Below, in pieces: positions 9,027 to 19,200 of a DNA stretch of 50,437 bases. The notes below the pieces were generated by a model. That model did no database searches and was not told where the DNA came from. It saw nothing but the letters and a program-made list of their open reading frames with translations. A program made the translations under genes and the position numbers. Positions within the stretch are counted from its first letter, which is position 1. Each line of letters begins with the position of its first letter. The stretch is from positions 1-50,437 of the IMG/VR virus record IMGVR_UViG_3300032112_000026, one strand, 5' to 3'. The DNA comes from a virus (lineage: Duplodnaviria; Caudoviricetes).

Positions 9027-9329
9027 ATGGAATATTTAGCAGGATTATTTATTGGATTGGCTTTATGGTCAGCACAAATAGAAGAAATAGAGATTATACC
9101 GAAAGTATCTACAATAGAGTTAGGGCAAGAAGTAGAATTACAGGCAAAAGGAATATATGGAAATACAAAATTAGATATATCGAATATTCAATGGCAAAGT
9201 GATAAAAGAGGAGAATGGTTTTATTTGAGTGATAATCATATTATTTTTATCCCATATGAAAAAGGAATATATCAAATAAAGTCAAGATATAAAAAGATAA
9301 ATGGTTATGCAATAGTTAAGGTAAAGTAG
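9027..9329 (+). CDS. Small secreted Ig-like protein
   Basis: N-terminal hydrophobic signal; IEIIPK.STIELGQEVELQAKG is an Ig-like (Big_2-type) pattern. Confidence 0.6.
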   Translation: MEYLAGLFIGLALWSAQIEEIEIIPKVSTIELGQEVELQAKGIYGNTKLDISNIQWQSDKRGEWFYLSDNHIIFIPYEKGIYQIKSRYKKINGYAIVKVK

Positions 9330-9330
9330 A

Positions 9331-9780
9331 ATGCGGCAGAAACAAAAATATGTTTCTTGTTATTTTGAACCTTCTAAAAGTGCTTATGAAAATATTATAG
9401 GTTTTATTCAACATTGTAAAAAATCTCTTGATATTTGTGCTTATTATCTTACAAATGATACAATAACACAGTTAATATTAGTGAAAAAAAATCAAGGAGT
9501 AAAAATAAGAATTCTTTGTGATGCTAAAAAAAGTAAAAGTGAAGGAAGTGATATTAAAAAGCTTTTAGATAATAGAATAAATGTAAAAGTAGATAATTCT
9601 GGTGTTAATTTAATGCATAATAAATTTTTAATAGGAGATAAAAAAGCGATTATGACAGGTTCTTTTAATTTCACTATGAATGCTTTAAAAAATGCTGAAA
9701 ATATTGTGATAATAAGATTATCATCTATTGTGAAAGATTATTTAAAAGAATTTAATAGATTATGGGAACAGGGTAAATAG
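9331..9780 (+). CDS. Phospholipase D superfamily protein, single HKD (Nuc/Zucchini-like)
   Basis: MHNKFLIGDKKAIMTGSFNFT..A..NAEN matches HxK(x4)D(x6)GSxN. Confidence 0.92.
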   Translation: MRQKQKYVSCYFEPSKSAYENIIGFIQHCKKSLDICAYYLTNDTITQLILVKKNQGVKIRILCDAKKSKSEGSDIKKLLDNRINVKVDNSGVNLMHNKFLIGDKKAIMTGSFNFTMNALKNAENIVIIRLSSIVKDYLKEFNRLWEQGK

Positions 9781-9802
9781 GAGTATTTTCATCTCCTTTC
9801 TT

Positions 9803-9884
9803 TGCCTGCCAATTTCTTACCTAAAAAAACTCGGTTCGTCCATTTATAAAAGAGTTTTTTCCCAACCTAAAAAATTGGCAGGCA
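9803..9884. other. Two-tier stem-loop
   Basis: Outer 13-bp stem 9803-9815/9872-9884; inner 9-bp stem 9824-9832/9852-9860. Confidence 0.6.
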
Positions 9885-9898
9885 TATAAAAAGATAAA

Positions 9899-10087
9899 AT
9901 GATTTATCTTTATATAATCTTGATATTATTATGGTTAGTTTTTAAGATAATTTGTTATTATAAAGATAGTGATATATGGGATAAAACTTTTATTTTTTTG
10001 CCTTTATTTTTTGATTTTTTCTTCATTATAATTACTATATGGATAGTTAATTTTTTAGAAAATAGAAGAAATAATTATGACATTTGA
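9899..10087 (+). CDS. Small two-TM membrane protein (holin-like?)
   Basis: 62 aa with two hydrophobic segments; overlaps the lipase start. Confidence 0.45.
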   Translation: MIYLYIILILLWLVFKIICYYKDSDIWDKTFIFLPLFFDFFFIIITIWIVNFLENRRNNYDI

Positions 10088-10826
10088 TAGAAAAATTGCA
10101 AAAGAATGTGCATTATTATGCAATATAATTTATAAAGGTTATACAGAGATAAAAGAAATTTTACCTCAAGAATATTTATTACTTGAATATTTTGATAAAC
10201 AGAATACTCAAGCAATGATAGTGCAAAATAAAGAGAAAAAGAATTTTATAGTATTTCGAGGGACAGAAAAAGGAGTAATAGGTGATTTAATTACAGATGT
10301 TAAAGTTAGAAAAGAAGAAGTAAATATAGGTGAAGTTCATAGAGGATTTTTGCAGGCTTATAATCAAATTAAAAATGAGATAGCTAAAATTAGTCATAGA
10401 TTAAATAATATATATATTACAGGACATAGTCTTGGTGGAGCATTGGCAACTCTTAGTGCATGGCATTTAACTTTTTGTGTAGGAATTATAATAGATAGTA
10501 TTTACACTTTTGGTAGTCCTCGTATAGGTAATAAAGAATTTGTTATAAACTATGATTTGAATTTAAAGAGTATAACTTTTAGGGTAGTAAATAATTGTGA
10601 TATAGTTACAAGAGTTCCTACACGATTAACTGGATATAATCATGTAGGGCAATTAATATATATTGATAGGGAGGGTAGATTTCATTTAGAATTAGAAGGA
10701 GATAGTCTTACTTGGTGGGCAACTTTTTGGGATAGAGTAAAGGGTAGATTAGAAGATTTTGCACATCAAAAGTTATTTGGTGGAATAAGTGACCATGCGA
10801 TAGAGAATTATTATAACTTATGTTAA
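10077..10826 (+). CDS. Class 3 lipase (alpha/beta hydrolase)
   Basis: IVFRGTE, VHRGF, ITGHSLGGALATL, YTFGSPRIGN, NNCDIVTRVP and DHAI give an intact Ser-Asp-His triad. Confidence 0.95.
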   Translation: MTFDRKIAKECALLCNIIYKGYTEIKEILPQEYLLLEYFDKQNTQAMIVQNKEKKNFIVFRGTEKGVIGDLITDVKVRKEEVNIGEVHRGFLQAYNQIKNEIAKISHRLNNIYITGHSLGGALATLSAWHLTFCVGIIIDSIYTFGSPRIGNKEFVINYDLNLKSITFRVVNNCDIVTRVPTRLTGYNHVGQLIYIDREGRFHLELEGDSLTWWATFWDRVKGRLEDFAHQKLFGGISDHAIENYYNLC

Positions 10827-10834
10827 AATAAAAA

Positions 10835-11197
10835 ATGCCAATAACAAATATTAATTTAAGTCCTAATCTAACTAAGTCATTAAATACAGATTATTGGATT
10901 GTTCAATATCCATTTGGAATAGAAGCAAAATCTTTTGCTTCTATTTATGTTTTTAGGAAGATTAAGATTCGGCAAATAATAGCGACAGTAATAAATTTTT
11001 CAACAACATTAACTTCTTTTTCTATAGTTTTACCATCAGAAACTATTAAGGTAGAAATAATAGCAGGTAATAATAATAGTAATATTTGGAGAGGAGAGAA
11101 AATTATAGAAAAAGGACAGAATATAATTTTTAAGATAAATACAGATGGAACTGGAAGTTTTTTAACAATGATAATAGAAATAGAATATTTAGATTAA
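10835..11197 (+). CDS. Beta-rich virion-associated protein, unknown function
   Basis: ORF in the structural operon upstream of the nozzle gene. Confidence 0.45.
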   Translation: MPITNINLSPNLTKSLNTDYWIVQYPFGIEAKSFASIYVFRKIKIRQIIATVINFSTTLTSFSIVLPSETIKVEIIAGNNNSNIWRGEKIIEKGQNIIFKINTDGTGSFLTMIIEIEYLD

Positions 11198-11212
11198 AGA
11201 GGAATTGATAAG

Positions 11213-13903
11213 ATGGAGACTTTAACATTAACTAATTTTGCCGGACTAAATACTAAATTACCTATTGAAGAATTATCTATAAATCCTGTAGAATCACCAA
11301 ATATTATTAATATGATAATGGAAGAAGGGACTATTTTCTCACGGGCAGGACAGAATACTTTTTATAATTTTAATACTCTTGATAAAATTAATTCTTTATA
11401 TTTAGGGAAATTAGGTAATAATGATGTAAATATTGCACAAGTAGGAACTACTATTAAAAAGCAAGGAGGTGGTAGTAATATTGATTTTAAATGGTGGAAT
11501 GATAAATGGAAATATTGTCGTAAAATAACTATAGTTAATTCTACTATGACAGAATATTTTGGTTTATTACTTAATTTACACTTACCAGCAGGATTTGATT
11601 ATACTAATTTTAGAGATAATGGAGAGGATATACGATTTATTCCTTATATCGGAGCTGAATTTGATGTATCGAATTATCCTAATGGATTAGATTATGAAAT
11701 TAGATTATGGGGTAAAAGTGCTACTCAAACAGCTTTAAGTGCAGATATTAATGCAACTACTACTACTATTCCTGTTATTTCTACTACAGGTTATTCTAAT
11801 GAAGGAGTAATTGTAATTGAAAATGAAAGGATTAATTATGGAGGTATTACTACTACTTCATTTACAAATTGTATTAGAGGTTATGAAGGAACATCAGCAA
11901 CTACACATCCAAATGGAACAATAGTAAGATTTGAAGGATGTATTTATGTTAAGATACCTGAAATAAAGGCACAAAGTAGTTATTTAGTTTATATGTATTA
12001 TGGATATACTGGAGTTCTTACTAATGAACAACTTAGAAAAAGTGATCAAAAAGGTGTTGCTACAATCTGGAAAATATTTGATAATAATAATGAATTGAAT
12101 GATATTAGATATTTTGATTATGATGCAAATACTCATATAGGATATATACAAGATGGAAAACTTTTTATAAGAGAAGTTTCTAAGCATAGTGGTTCAACTG
12201 GTTACTTTGCAGCATATATTTATAAGCCAATAAATAATATTCCAGTAGAATTTGAATCGAAAGTAGATGCTATTGAAGGTGGACATAATCATGGAATAGG
12301 TTTTTACTTTGAAAAAGGAAGTGGGAGCAGTTATGAGTATGGTTATATAAGATTAAAATGGACTTATGTTCCTACCCGTTTAATTTTAGAAGGACATCAT
12401 TATCCTCCTTCTTTTGGTGAATATCAAGAACAAGTTAGTGATGCTTATATATCAGAAGAATTAATTTATTCTCTATATTATAATCCAAGTTCAAGATTAG
12501 TTCGGGGAAAAGTAAAAAGATTAAATGGGCAGGTAATATTTAATAAATCTTTTATTTTTTCACAATCAATTTTAAATAATTATGATCGTTTATCTTGGTT
12601 AGGTTTTACTAGTTATATAAATGGATTAGAGATTACTGTTGATGATGTAAAGGCATTTGAATTTTTACCTAATAGTGTTTCATCTTCTTTGGGAACAGAG
12701 ATAACAAAGCCAAGTGGTAGTGATATAGTAGATTGGATAGATTTATATCCTAATGTAGATTATACATCTGTATCAACAAAACCTCATCAGATAATAGCAT
12801 TTTTGAAGAATTATATTTTTGTTAATGAAGATATTGAAGCTATAATGTGGGATGGGACGACGACAAAGAAAGTAGGTGGAGGTGGAAAAAGAGCTAAACT
12901 TGGATTAATGCATAAGAATAGGTTATGGTTATTTAACTTTCCTGGAATTAATCAACCGACGATGGTATGGTATTCTAATATAAATAAGATAGAATTAAAT
13001 ACAGATTGGCAAACATTAGGAATAAATAATGTAGAATTTATTAATGCTGATGATGGATTTGAAATAACCGCAGTAGGATTGATGTCAGATAGTATAACTA
13101 TTCATAAAGGGAATGGAGTATGGTTATGGTATGGAGATATACCAAATCATGCAATTAAGAAATTAAATATTGATGTAGGTTGTATTGCACAAAAAACTAT
13201 AGCTGAATGGGAGAATGGGCAATTTTTTATATCAAAGAAAGGAATACATTTTTTACGAGGTTCAGTAGCAGAAACTCCTATTATATTTACAGTAGATAAT
13301 ATACAATCAGATAATTTAGCAGAGAAGATAATGCCTTTATTTATGGAGATTAATCATAATTACATAAAAGATGCTATAGGAGTAGTATGGAATGATAGAT
13401 ATTTTGTAGCCTTACCATATCAATCTTCAGAAGTTAATAATATATTATTAATATTAGATTATCGGCGAGGGTGGATAAGCAAATGGATACCACCTGAACC
13501 TATAACTTCAATGTTTATATATCCTGTAACTAATGATTTATATATAGGAACAGCAAAAGGTAAGATTAGGTTACAGGGGAAGAGAAGTTATACTTATGAT
13601 GATATTTTGAAAGATGATGATATAATAATACAGAATAGATATGATACAGGTAAAATGGATTTAGGAATACCAAATATTCGGAAGAGATTACGATTTATTG
13701 AGCCTTTATTTAGTGGACAAATATCATTAGATTTAGATGTAGATGGACAAATAATATCATTAGGGACATTTACAAATGGGCTAAAATTAAGTAAGAAAAA
13801 GATACCTTTATTAAAAGTAGGGCAATTTTTTCAATTAGGAATAAGTAATTTAACTAAGCAGTTACATAGTATAACATTATATTATAATTATTTAAGAACT
13901 TAA
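11213..13903 (+). CDS. Tail nozzle/stabilisation protein (P22 gp10-like beta-propeller) with inserted DUF2341-like region
   Basis: N-terminal NFAGLNT motif; C-terminal HKNRLW, VWYSN, VGCIAQKTI, FFISKKGI and YDTG..DLG.P..RKR; central WWNDKWKYCRKITI...NGEDIRF...YVKIPEI...YMYYG. Confidence 0.75.
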   Translation: METLTLTNFAGLNTKLPIEELSINPVESPNIINMIMEEGTIFSRAGQNTFYNFNTLDKINSLYLGKLGNNDVNIAQVGTTIKKQGGGSNIDFKWWNDKWKYCRKITIVNSTMTEYFGLLLNLHLPAGFDYTNFRDNGEDIRFIPYIGAEFDVSNYPNGLDYEIRLWGKSATQTALSADINATTTTIPVISTTGYSNEGVIVIENERINYGGITTTSFTNCIRGYEGTSATTHPNGTIVRFEGCIYVKIPEIKAQSSYLVYMYYGYTGVLTNEQLRKSDQKGVATIWKIFDNNNELNDIRYFDYDANTHIGYIQDGKLFIREVSKHSGSTGYFAAYIYKPINNIPVEFESKVDAIEGGHNHGIGFYFEKGSGSSYEYGYIRLKWTYVPTRLILEGHHYPPSFGEYQEQVSDAYISEELIYSLYYNPSSRLVRGKVKRLNGQVIFNKSFIFSQSILNNYDRLSWLGFTSYINGLEITVDDVKAFEFLPNSVSSSLGTEITKPSGSDIVDWIDLYPNVDYTSVSTKPHQIIAFLKNYIFVNEDIEAIMWDGTTTKKVGGGGKRAKLGLMHKNRLWLFNFPGINQPTMVWYSNINKIELNTDWQTLGINNVEFINADDGFEITAVGLMSDSITIHKGNGVWLWYGDIPNHAIKKLNIDVGCIAQKTIAEWENGQFFISKKGIHFLRGSVAETPIIFTVDNIQSDNLAEKIMPLFMEINHNYIKDAIGVVWNDRYFVALPYQSSEVNNILLILDYRRGWISKWIPPEPITSMFIYPVTNDLYIGTAKGKIRLQGKRSYTYDDILKDDDIIIQNRYDTGKMDLGIPNIRKRLRFIEPLFSGQISLDLDVDGQIISLGTFTNGLKLSKKKIPLLKVGQFFQLGISNLTKQLHSITLYYNYLRT

Positions 13904-13929
13904 TAGTGTCTAATAATTAGACACTATTA
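13901..13929 (+). terminator. Perfect hairpin after the nozzle gene
   Basis: TAATAGTGTCTAAT-A-ATTAGACACTATTA. Confidence 0.55.
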
Positions 13930-13943
13930 AGAAGGAATAAATT

Positions 13944-14126
13944 ATGCCATTTAAAAGTCAGGCGCAATGGAAACGATTTTTTGCTATGGAGCAAAGAGGA
14001 AAATTACCTAAAGGAACAGCGGAGAGATGGGCAAAAAAAACTAAAATTCCATTTAGGCAATTACCTAAACGATTAGCTAAACGGACAAAAATAACTTATA
14101 GAGAGATTAAAAGTCGGAGAAGATAA
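13944..14126 (+). CDS. Small basic phage protein (MPFKSxAQ family)
   Basis: 60 aa, K/R-rich, RBS GAAGGA. Confidence 0.65.
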   Translation: MPFKSQAQWKRFFAMEQRGKLPKGTAERWAKKTKIPFRQLPKRLAKRTKITYREIKSRRR

Positions 14127-14174
14127 TTTAAAAATCAATATTTAGAGATTTCAAAAAAAGGGGGTAAATGAAAG

Positions 14175-14396
14175 ATGTCAACATTAGCACAAAGAAGAGC
14201 GGCAAGGAAGGTATATCAGAGGGTAGTTAAAACTTCAAGACTTGGAGTAGGAAAAAGATTTGCAGCATTAAAAAAGATAGCTGAATTAGGAGGAGCAAAA
14301 AATCCAGCGGCAGTGGCTGCTATAGTAGGTAGAAAAAAATATGGTAAAAGACAAATGACGAGATGGGCAATAGCAGGAAGAAAACGAAGGAGGTAA
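14175..14396 (+). CDS. Small very basic protein
   Basis: 73 aa, R/K/A-rich, GAKNPAAVAA.VGRKKYG motif; RBS GGGGT. Confidence 0.65.
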   Translation: MSTLAQRRAARKVYQRVVKTSRLGVGKRFAALKKIAELGGAKNPAAVAAIVGRKKYGKRQMTRWAIAGRKRRR

Positions 14397-14404
14397 GTTA
14401 AAAG

Positions 14405-14857
14405 TTGAATAATTGGGATAATTGGAGTGAACAATTAAAGAAAGAAGCAATAAAGCAAAAAAGGAGAGAATTAGAAGAAGGAGTTAAGCGAGGATTAAGT
14501 CCTGAAAGTGGACTATTACAACAGAAATATCAACAGATAGATTTAGAATTAGATGATTTATTAAATAAGTTAGCAGAACGAGAGCAACAGATACAAGAAA
14601 ACTCAGAAACAGAGTATATACCAAAGCAATCTAATTATTTAGGATTAGTGCAACAATTACCACAATATATTTCTACTGCTAAGACTATATTCCCTTGGGT
14701 AGCAAAAGGTATTCCAGCTTTAGCTAGCACTCCTATTTTGCCTCTTGCATTAGCATTAGGGATAAGAAAGTTATTATCTCAACATCAAACAGGAAGGAAG
14801 ATATTGAAATATAGTGGAATGGATTTAGGGAAAAAATTATTGAAGAAAATATTTTAG
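14405..14857 (+). CDS. Putative internal virion (ejection) protein
   Basis: RBS AAGGAGGT; helical, with a hydrophobic segment; position before the large ejection protein. Confidence 0.5.
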   Translation: MNNWDNWSEQLKKEAIKQKRRELEEGVKRGLSPESGLLQQKYQQIDLELDDLLNKLAEREQQIQENSETEYIPKQSNYLGLVQQLPQYISTAKTIFPWVAKGIPALASTPILPLALALGIRKLLSQHQTGRKILKYSGMDLGKKLLKKIF

Positions 14858-14877
14858 AAAGGGAAGGTGAAGTTATA

Positions 14878-15462
14878 ATGGCAAATGGAGTAGAGGCATA
14901 TAAAAGATTTATAACACAAGAATTAGCGAGGAAGGAAGCAGAATTACCATTATATCAAGAACGAATAGCAGCAGAACTATCTAGTCGGGGAATATTAGGT
15001 GGTGGAGCGCATATTCATAAATTAGGTGAATTAGCTGCAGAACAAGAACGGTATAAATCAGATTTATTACGAAGATTGGCAGAATTAGAAGTAGCAAAGC
15101 AAGAAAGAGAAGAAATAAGAAAGCAAACAGAAAAAGAAGCAAAACAAGCAAGGTTAGCTGGTTATATTCAAACACTTATTCCCTTAATGGTTGAATATGG
15201 GGCAGAGTTTTTTAAGAAAAGAAAAGATAAAGGTAAAGAATTTCAAACTCCATATCTTTCGTTATTTGGGATTAGGTCTCTTTTAAAAAAACCACTTACA
15301 GAGATTTTACATAAAAAACCTATTACAAAAGCGTATGAGAATGTGCCTTTAGAAACTGCAATATCGGAAATTGCTAATAAGATTCAAAACTTAAGGAGAC
15401 CTAAAGGACGAATATCTTCCTTATTGCCAGAAAGTTGGCAGACAAATTTATGGAAAGGATAA
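14878..15462 (+). CDS. Putative internal virion (ejection) protein
   Basis: Coiled coil with the LSSRGILGGG motif typical of podovirus pilot/ejection proteins. Confidence 0.55.
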   Translation: MANGVEAYKRFITQELARKEAELPLYQERIAAELSSRGILGGGAHIHKLGELAAEQERYKSDLLRRLAELEVAKQEREEIRKQTEKEAKQARLAGYIQTLIPLMVEYGAEFFKKRKDKGKEFQTPYLSLFGIRSLLKKPLTEILHKKPITKAYENVPLETAISEIANKIQNLRRPKGRISSLLPESWQTNLWKG

Positions 15463-15467
15463 AAATA

Positions 15468-16214
15468 ATGGCAATTAATACAGATAATACAAATATTTGG
15501 CAAGGAGCAACAACAAAAGATTATTTAACATTAGGTTTAATATCAGGATTACAAACTTTATCTACATTAAAAGAAAAGAAAAAAGAGAAAGAAAAAGAAG
15601 AAAGAGAAAGAATATTAAAACAAAAAGAAAAAGAGAAAGAAGCGATATTAGAGTTAATGGGTAAAGGAGCTACTATACCAGAAGAACTTTTATCTAAATA
15701 TGATATTACTGCATTAAAAAATATTATAGTTCCTTCTTTTTCTAATATAATAGATATACCTAAAATAGGATTATTAAGTCGTTGGCAAAGAGGAGAAGAA
15801 TTAACTCCTGAGGAGAAAAAATTTTTAGGAATATATATAGATGAATTACCTATTGAAAAAGAGAGACGAACAGAAGAACAAAAAATTAGAGCAGAAGAAA
15901 GAGAGATATTAAAAGAGCAAACAAAAGAACTTGAAACATTAAAAAAGAGACGGAATATATTAGAAGATTGGTATAGAATAGCATTACCTATGGCAAAAAA
16001 ACAAGATATAAGTATAGAAGAATATGCAATAAATACAGGAAATACTTTAAATTTAGCCGATTTACGACGGTTATGGAAAACTCCTAAAATAGGTATAACT
16101 CCATCTATGAAAGAGTGGTTAAAAGCAAATGGAATATTAGTAGAGACAACTTCTCAAAAACAGAAACCGACTATTGAATCAAAGGAATCAAAATATTCTA
16201 AGATTTTTAAATAA
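15468..16214 (+). CDS. Putative internal virion protein
   Basis: Coiled coil; start probably MAINTD (ATG 15468, after AAGGA) rather than TTG 15435. Confidence 0.5.
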   Translation: MAINTDNTNIWQGATTKDYLTLGLISGLQTLSTLKEKKKEKEKEERERILKQKEKEKEAILELMGKGATIPEELLSKYDITALKNIIVPSFSNIIDIPKIGLLSRWQRGEELTPEEKKFLGIYIDELPIEKERRTEEQKIRAEEREILKEQTKELETLKKRRNILEDWYRIALPMAKKQDISIEEYAINTGNTLNLADLRRLWKTPKIGITPSMKEWLKANGILVETTSQKQKPTIESKESKYSKIFK

Positions 16215-16256
16215 AGATTAAAAGAAATAAAGAAAGATAAAAAAGGATTAGAGAAG

Positions 16257-19200
16257 ATGACAATATTTGAAACTAAATTTAAAACTAAACCAGCACAAAA
16301 ATTTTTAGAGACTTTAAAAGATATAAAAAGAATGATAGATAGCGGTCAATATTCTGATAAAGATATTGACCGTTATGTTATTCAGAGAGGATATGAGCCT
16401 AAAAGTTTTATTACTGCAGCTAAGAAATTGCATGAAGCTACAAAAAATATTTCTTCACCTATAGAGATATTAGAGGCTAATAGGCAGGCGACAGAGCGAG
16501 GATTGATAAAAGGATTAACTTTGGGGTTTTATGAACCTCCCAGAACAGAATTAGAAAAAAAGGTTTTACTTCCTGGTGAAAGTGAAGCGATAGTAAATGT
16601 GGGAGAACTATTTGGAGTTCCTGGAGGTTGGAAGGCATTAACGCATATTGGAACAATAACAGCAAGAAAAGTATTCCCTAAAGCTGTTAGTGAATTTTAT
16701 AAATTACCTATTTTACGAAAAGAATTGTTAAAAGCTCATACAATAGGGCAAACAATTGGAGGATTAGCAATTGGCGAGAAGATAAAAGAAAATATTGAAG
16801 AAAGAAAACCTATTAGTGAAGGGTTACCAGAATCTTATATTACTGGGGTAGCATTTGGTAATTTAATGGGAGCATTAGGTATTCCAGGAGCAACAAGAAG
16901 AGAAGCAAAAGAGATTATTAAAAAAAGACTTCAACAAATTAAACAATTAGAGAAAAAAGAAGAAATTAGACCAATAATATTAAAGACAATAGAGGATTTA
17001 AAAGAATTAAAAGAAAAACCAATAGTAGTAGAGACATTAGAAGATTTAAAAAAACTAGAGGAAGAACCAAAGCCACTTGAAGTAGTTGCAACAGAGAGAG
17101 AATTAATTTTACCCTCAGAAATTCTTAAAAAATTAGAAAAAATAAAAGAGATAGAAGGAAAAACAGAAAGGAAAGTTGAATTAAAAATAGGAGAACCATT
17201 ACCAAAATCTATATTAAAAGATATATCAGGAACAGAAGAATATAAATTAAAAGTAGAGAAAGAGTTATTACAAGCAAAACAGAAACAGAAGTTAGTAGAG
17301 GAGACAGAAGCTTTAAAGAAGTTAGGATTTGATGAAAGAGATATAGATTATATGACACCAAAGATACGAGCGGAAGTAATAGCAAAGCAATTACCATCTT
17401 CGGAAATAGAAATAATAGGTGATCCAGGAGGAATAAAATTCTGGCGATATAAATTTACTCCAGAAGAAAAAGTTTCAGTAGTAGAAGAACTTCCTAAAAA
17501 AGAAATGAAAGCAATAGGAGAAGATAAAAAATTAGTAGATTTAGGATATAATGAAAAAGATATACAAAGATTATCAGTTGAAGCAAAAAATCAGATTATA
17601 ACAGATAATATTTCTCGTAAAGATATATCTATTTTATCTAGTGGTGAAATTAAAATATTTCCTCCAAAAGAAATTAAACTAAAAGAAGTTCCAATAATGG
17701 AAGAAAAACCTGTGAATGTAATAGGAATAGAGCGAGAGATATTATCTAAGACGGGACTTTCAGATGAAGAGATAGTAAAATATGTGAGGCATACAAAAGT
17801 AAATGGAGAGAAATTACGAAGTTATGCAACTAATGTAATGCAAGGGAAAATGAATATAGATGAAGCAGTTAATAAAGTTAAGCAGGATTATAAAAAAATT
17901 AAGTTAGTAGAAGATAAATTAACAATTAAAACAAAACCAGAAATATCAATAGAAGATCAAGATATAGTAAATTTCTATACTAACTTAGCACAAAGAATTT
18001 CGAAAGAAGACTTTATACAAGCTGTTAATGAAGGAACAGGAATAACATATAGAATTAAAGATAAAGTATATACTCCTAAAGATTTTAAACGAGTTATAAA
18101 AGAAGATATAGAGACTTTTTATAATAAAATTAATAAGAAAAAACAAGAAAGAAAAGAATTATTAAAAAAAGTTGGGGCAAAAATAGAGAGGAAGACTTCT
18201 CGAAAGATAGAACAGAGCATAAAACGAGAGCAAGCAATATCTACTATATTTAAAGAAATAATGAAAGATTTAGGCACTATAACTCCTTTAGGTGGTTCAT
18301 TAGAGACACCCGAATTAGCGATTGCGAGGGAATTAGCAAGAAAGCGGTTAGTTAAAAATGTAGGAATATTAGTTGAGGAAGCAAAAGTAAAAGGTGAAGA
18401 TATAGAAGAATATTTAGTTAAGCAAGGTTTAACTAAAGCATATATTCAACAATTAAAAGATTTAGCAATATTACAAGAAAAAGAGGAAGGTAAATTAGAT
18501 ATAAATAAGGTAATATTACCTCCAGAAGTTGTAGAGAGATTAGAAGTTCAGAAGATTAAATCTATACAACCAACGGATAAAAGACAGTTAAATATGACAT
18601 TAAAGTTAGGAGAGAAAGTTGATACAACAATAGCAGATGACCATCGAATATTGAAAAAATTAGGATATGAAATTAATAAAATTATAGGGGAAAAACAACC
18701 TACAGTTGAAATGATTTATATTAAAGCTGATTTATTACGAAATATGAAAGGAACTCAAGAAAAAATAATTGAAAGTCAAAAACGGGATTTAATACAAAAA
18801 ATTATTAAAAATGATATTTCATTAGTAGATTTTGATGATTATCTCCGAGCAAAGCATACACCAAGTAGAAATCAAGTAATGTATGAGCGCGCGATAGAAC
18901 GAGGAGAGATAGAGCCATCAAAGCAGCTAAGTGGCTATAGTGATGAATGGGCAATAGCAAAAATAAAAGAATTACAAGCTAAATATAAAGATAAATTTGA
19001 GATTATAGAGAATGAATTATTTCCTATTATAGAGAGAATAGGACAAGAAAATTTAGAATTTGCTTATAATCCATATAAATTTGACCCTTTATTATTCTCA
19101 CCAGAAAATAAATTATTAACAGAAAATGAATATATTGCTATTAAAAATATACCTTGGACTTATTATGCACCATTTTATCGAGCGATAGAAGCGGAATTAG

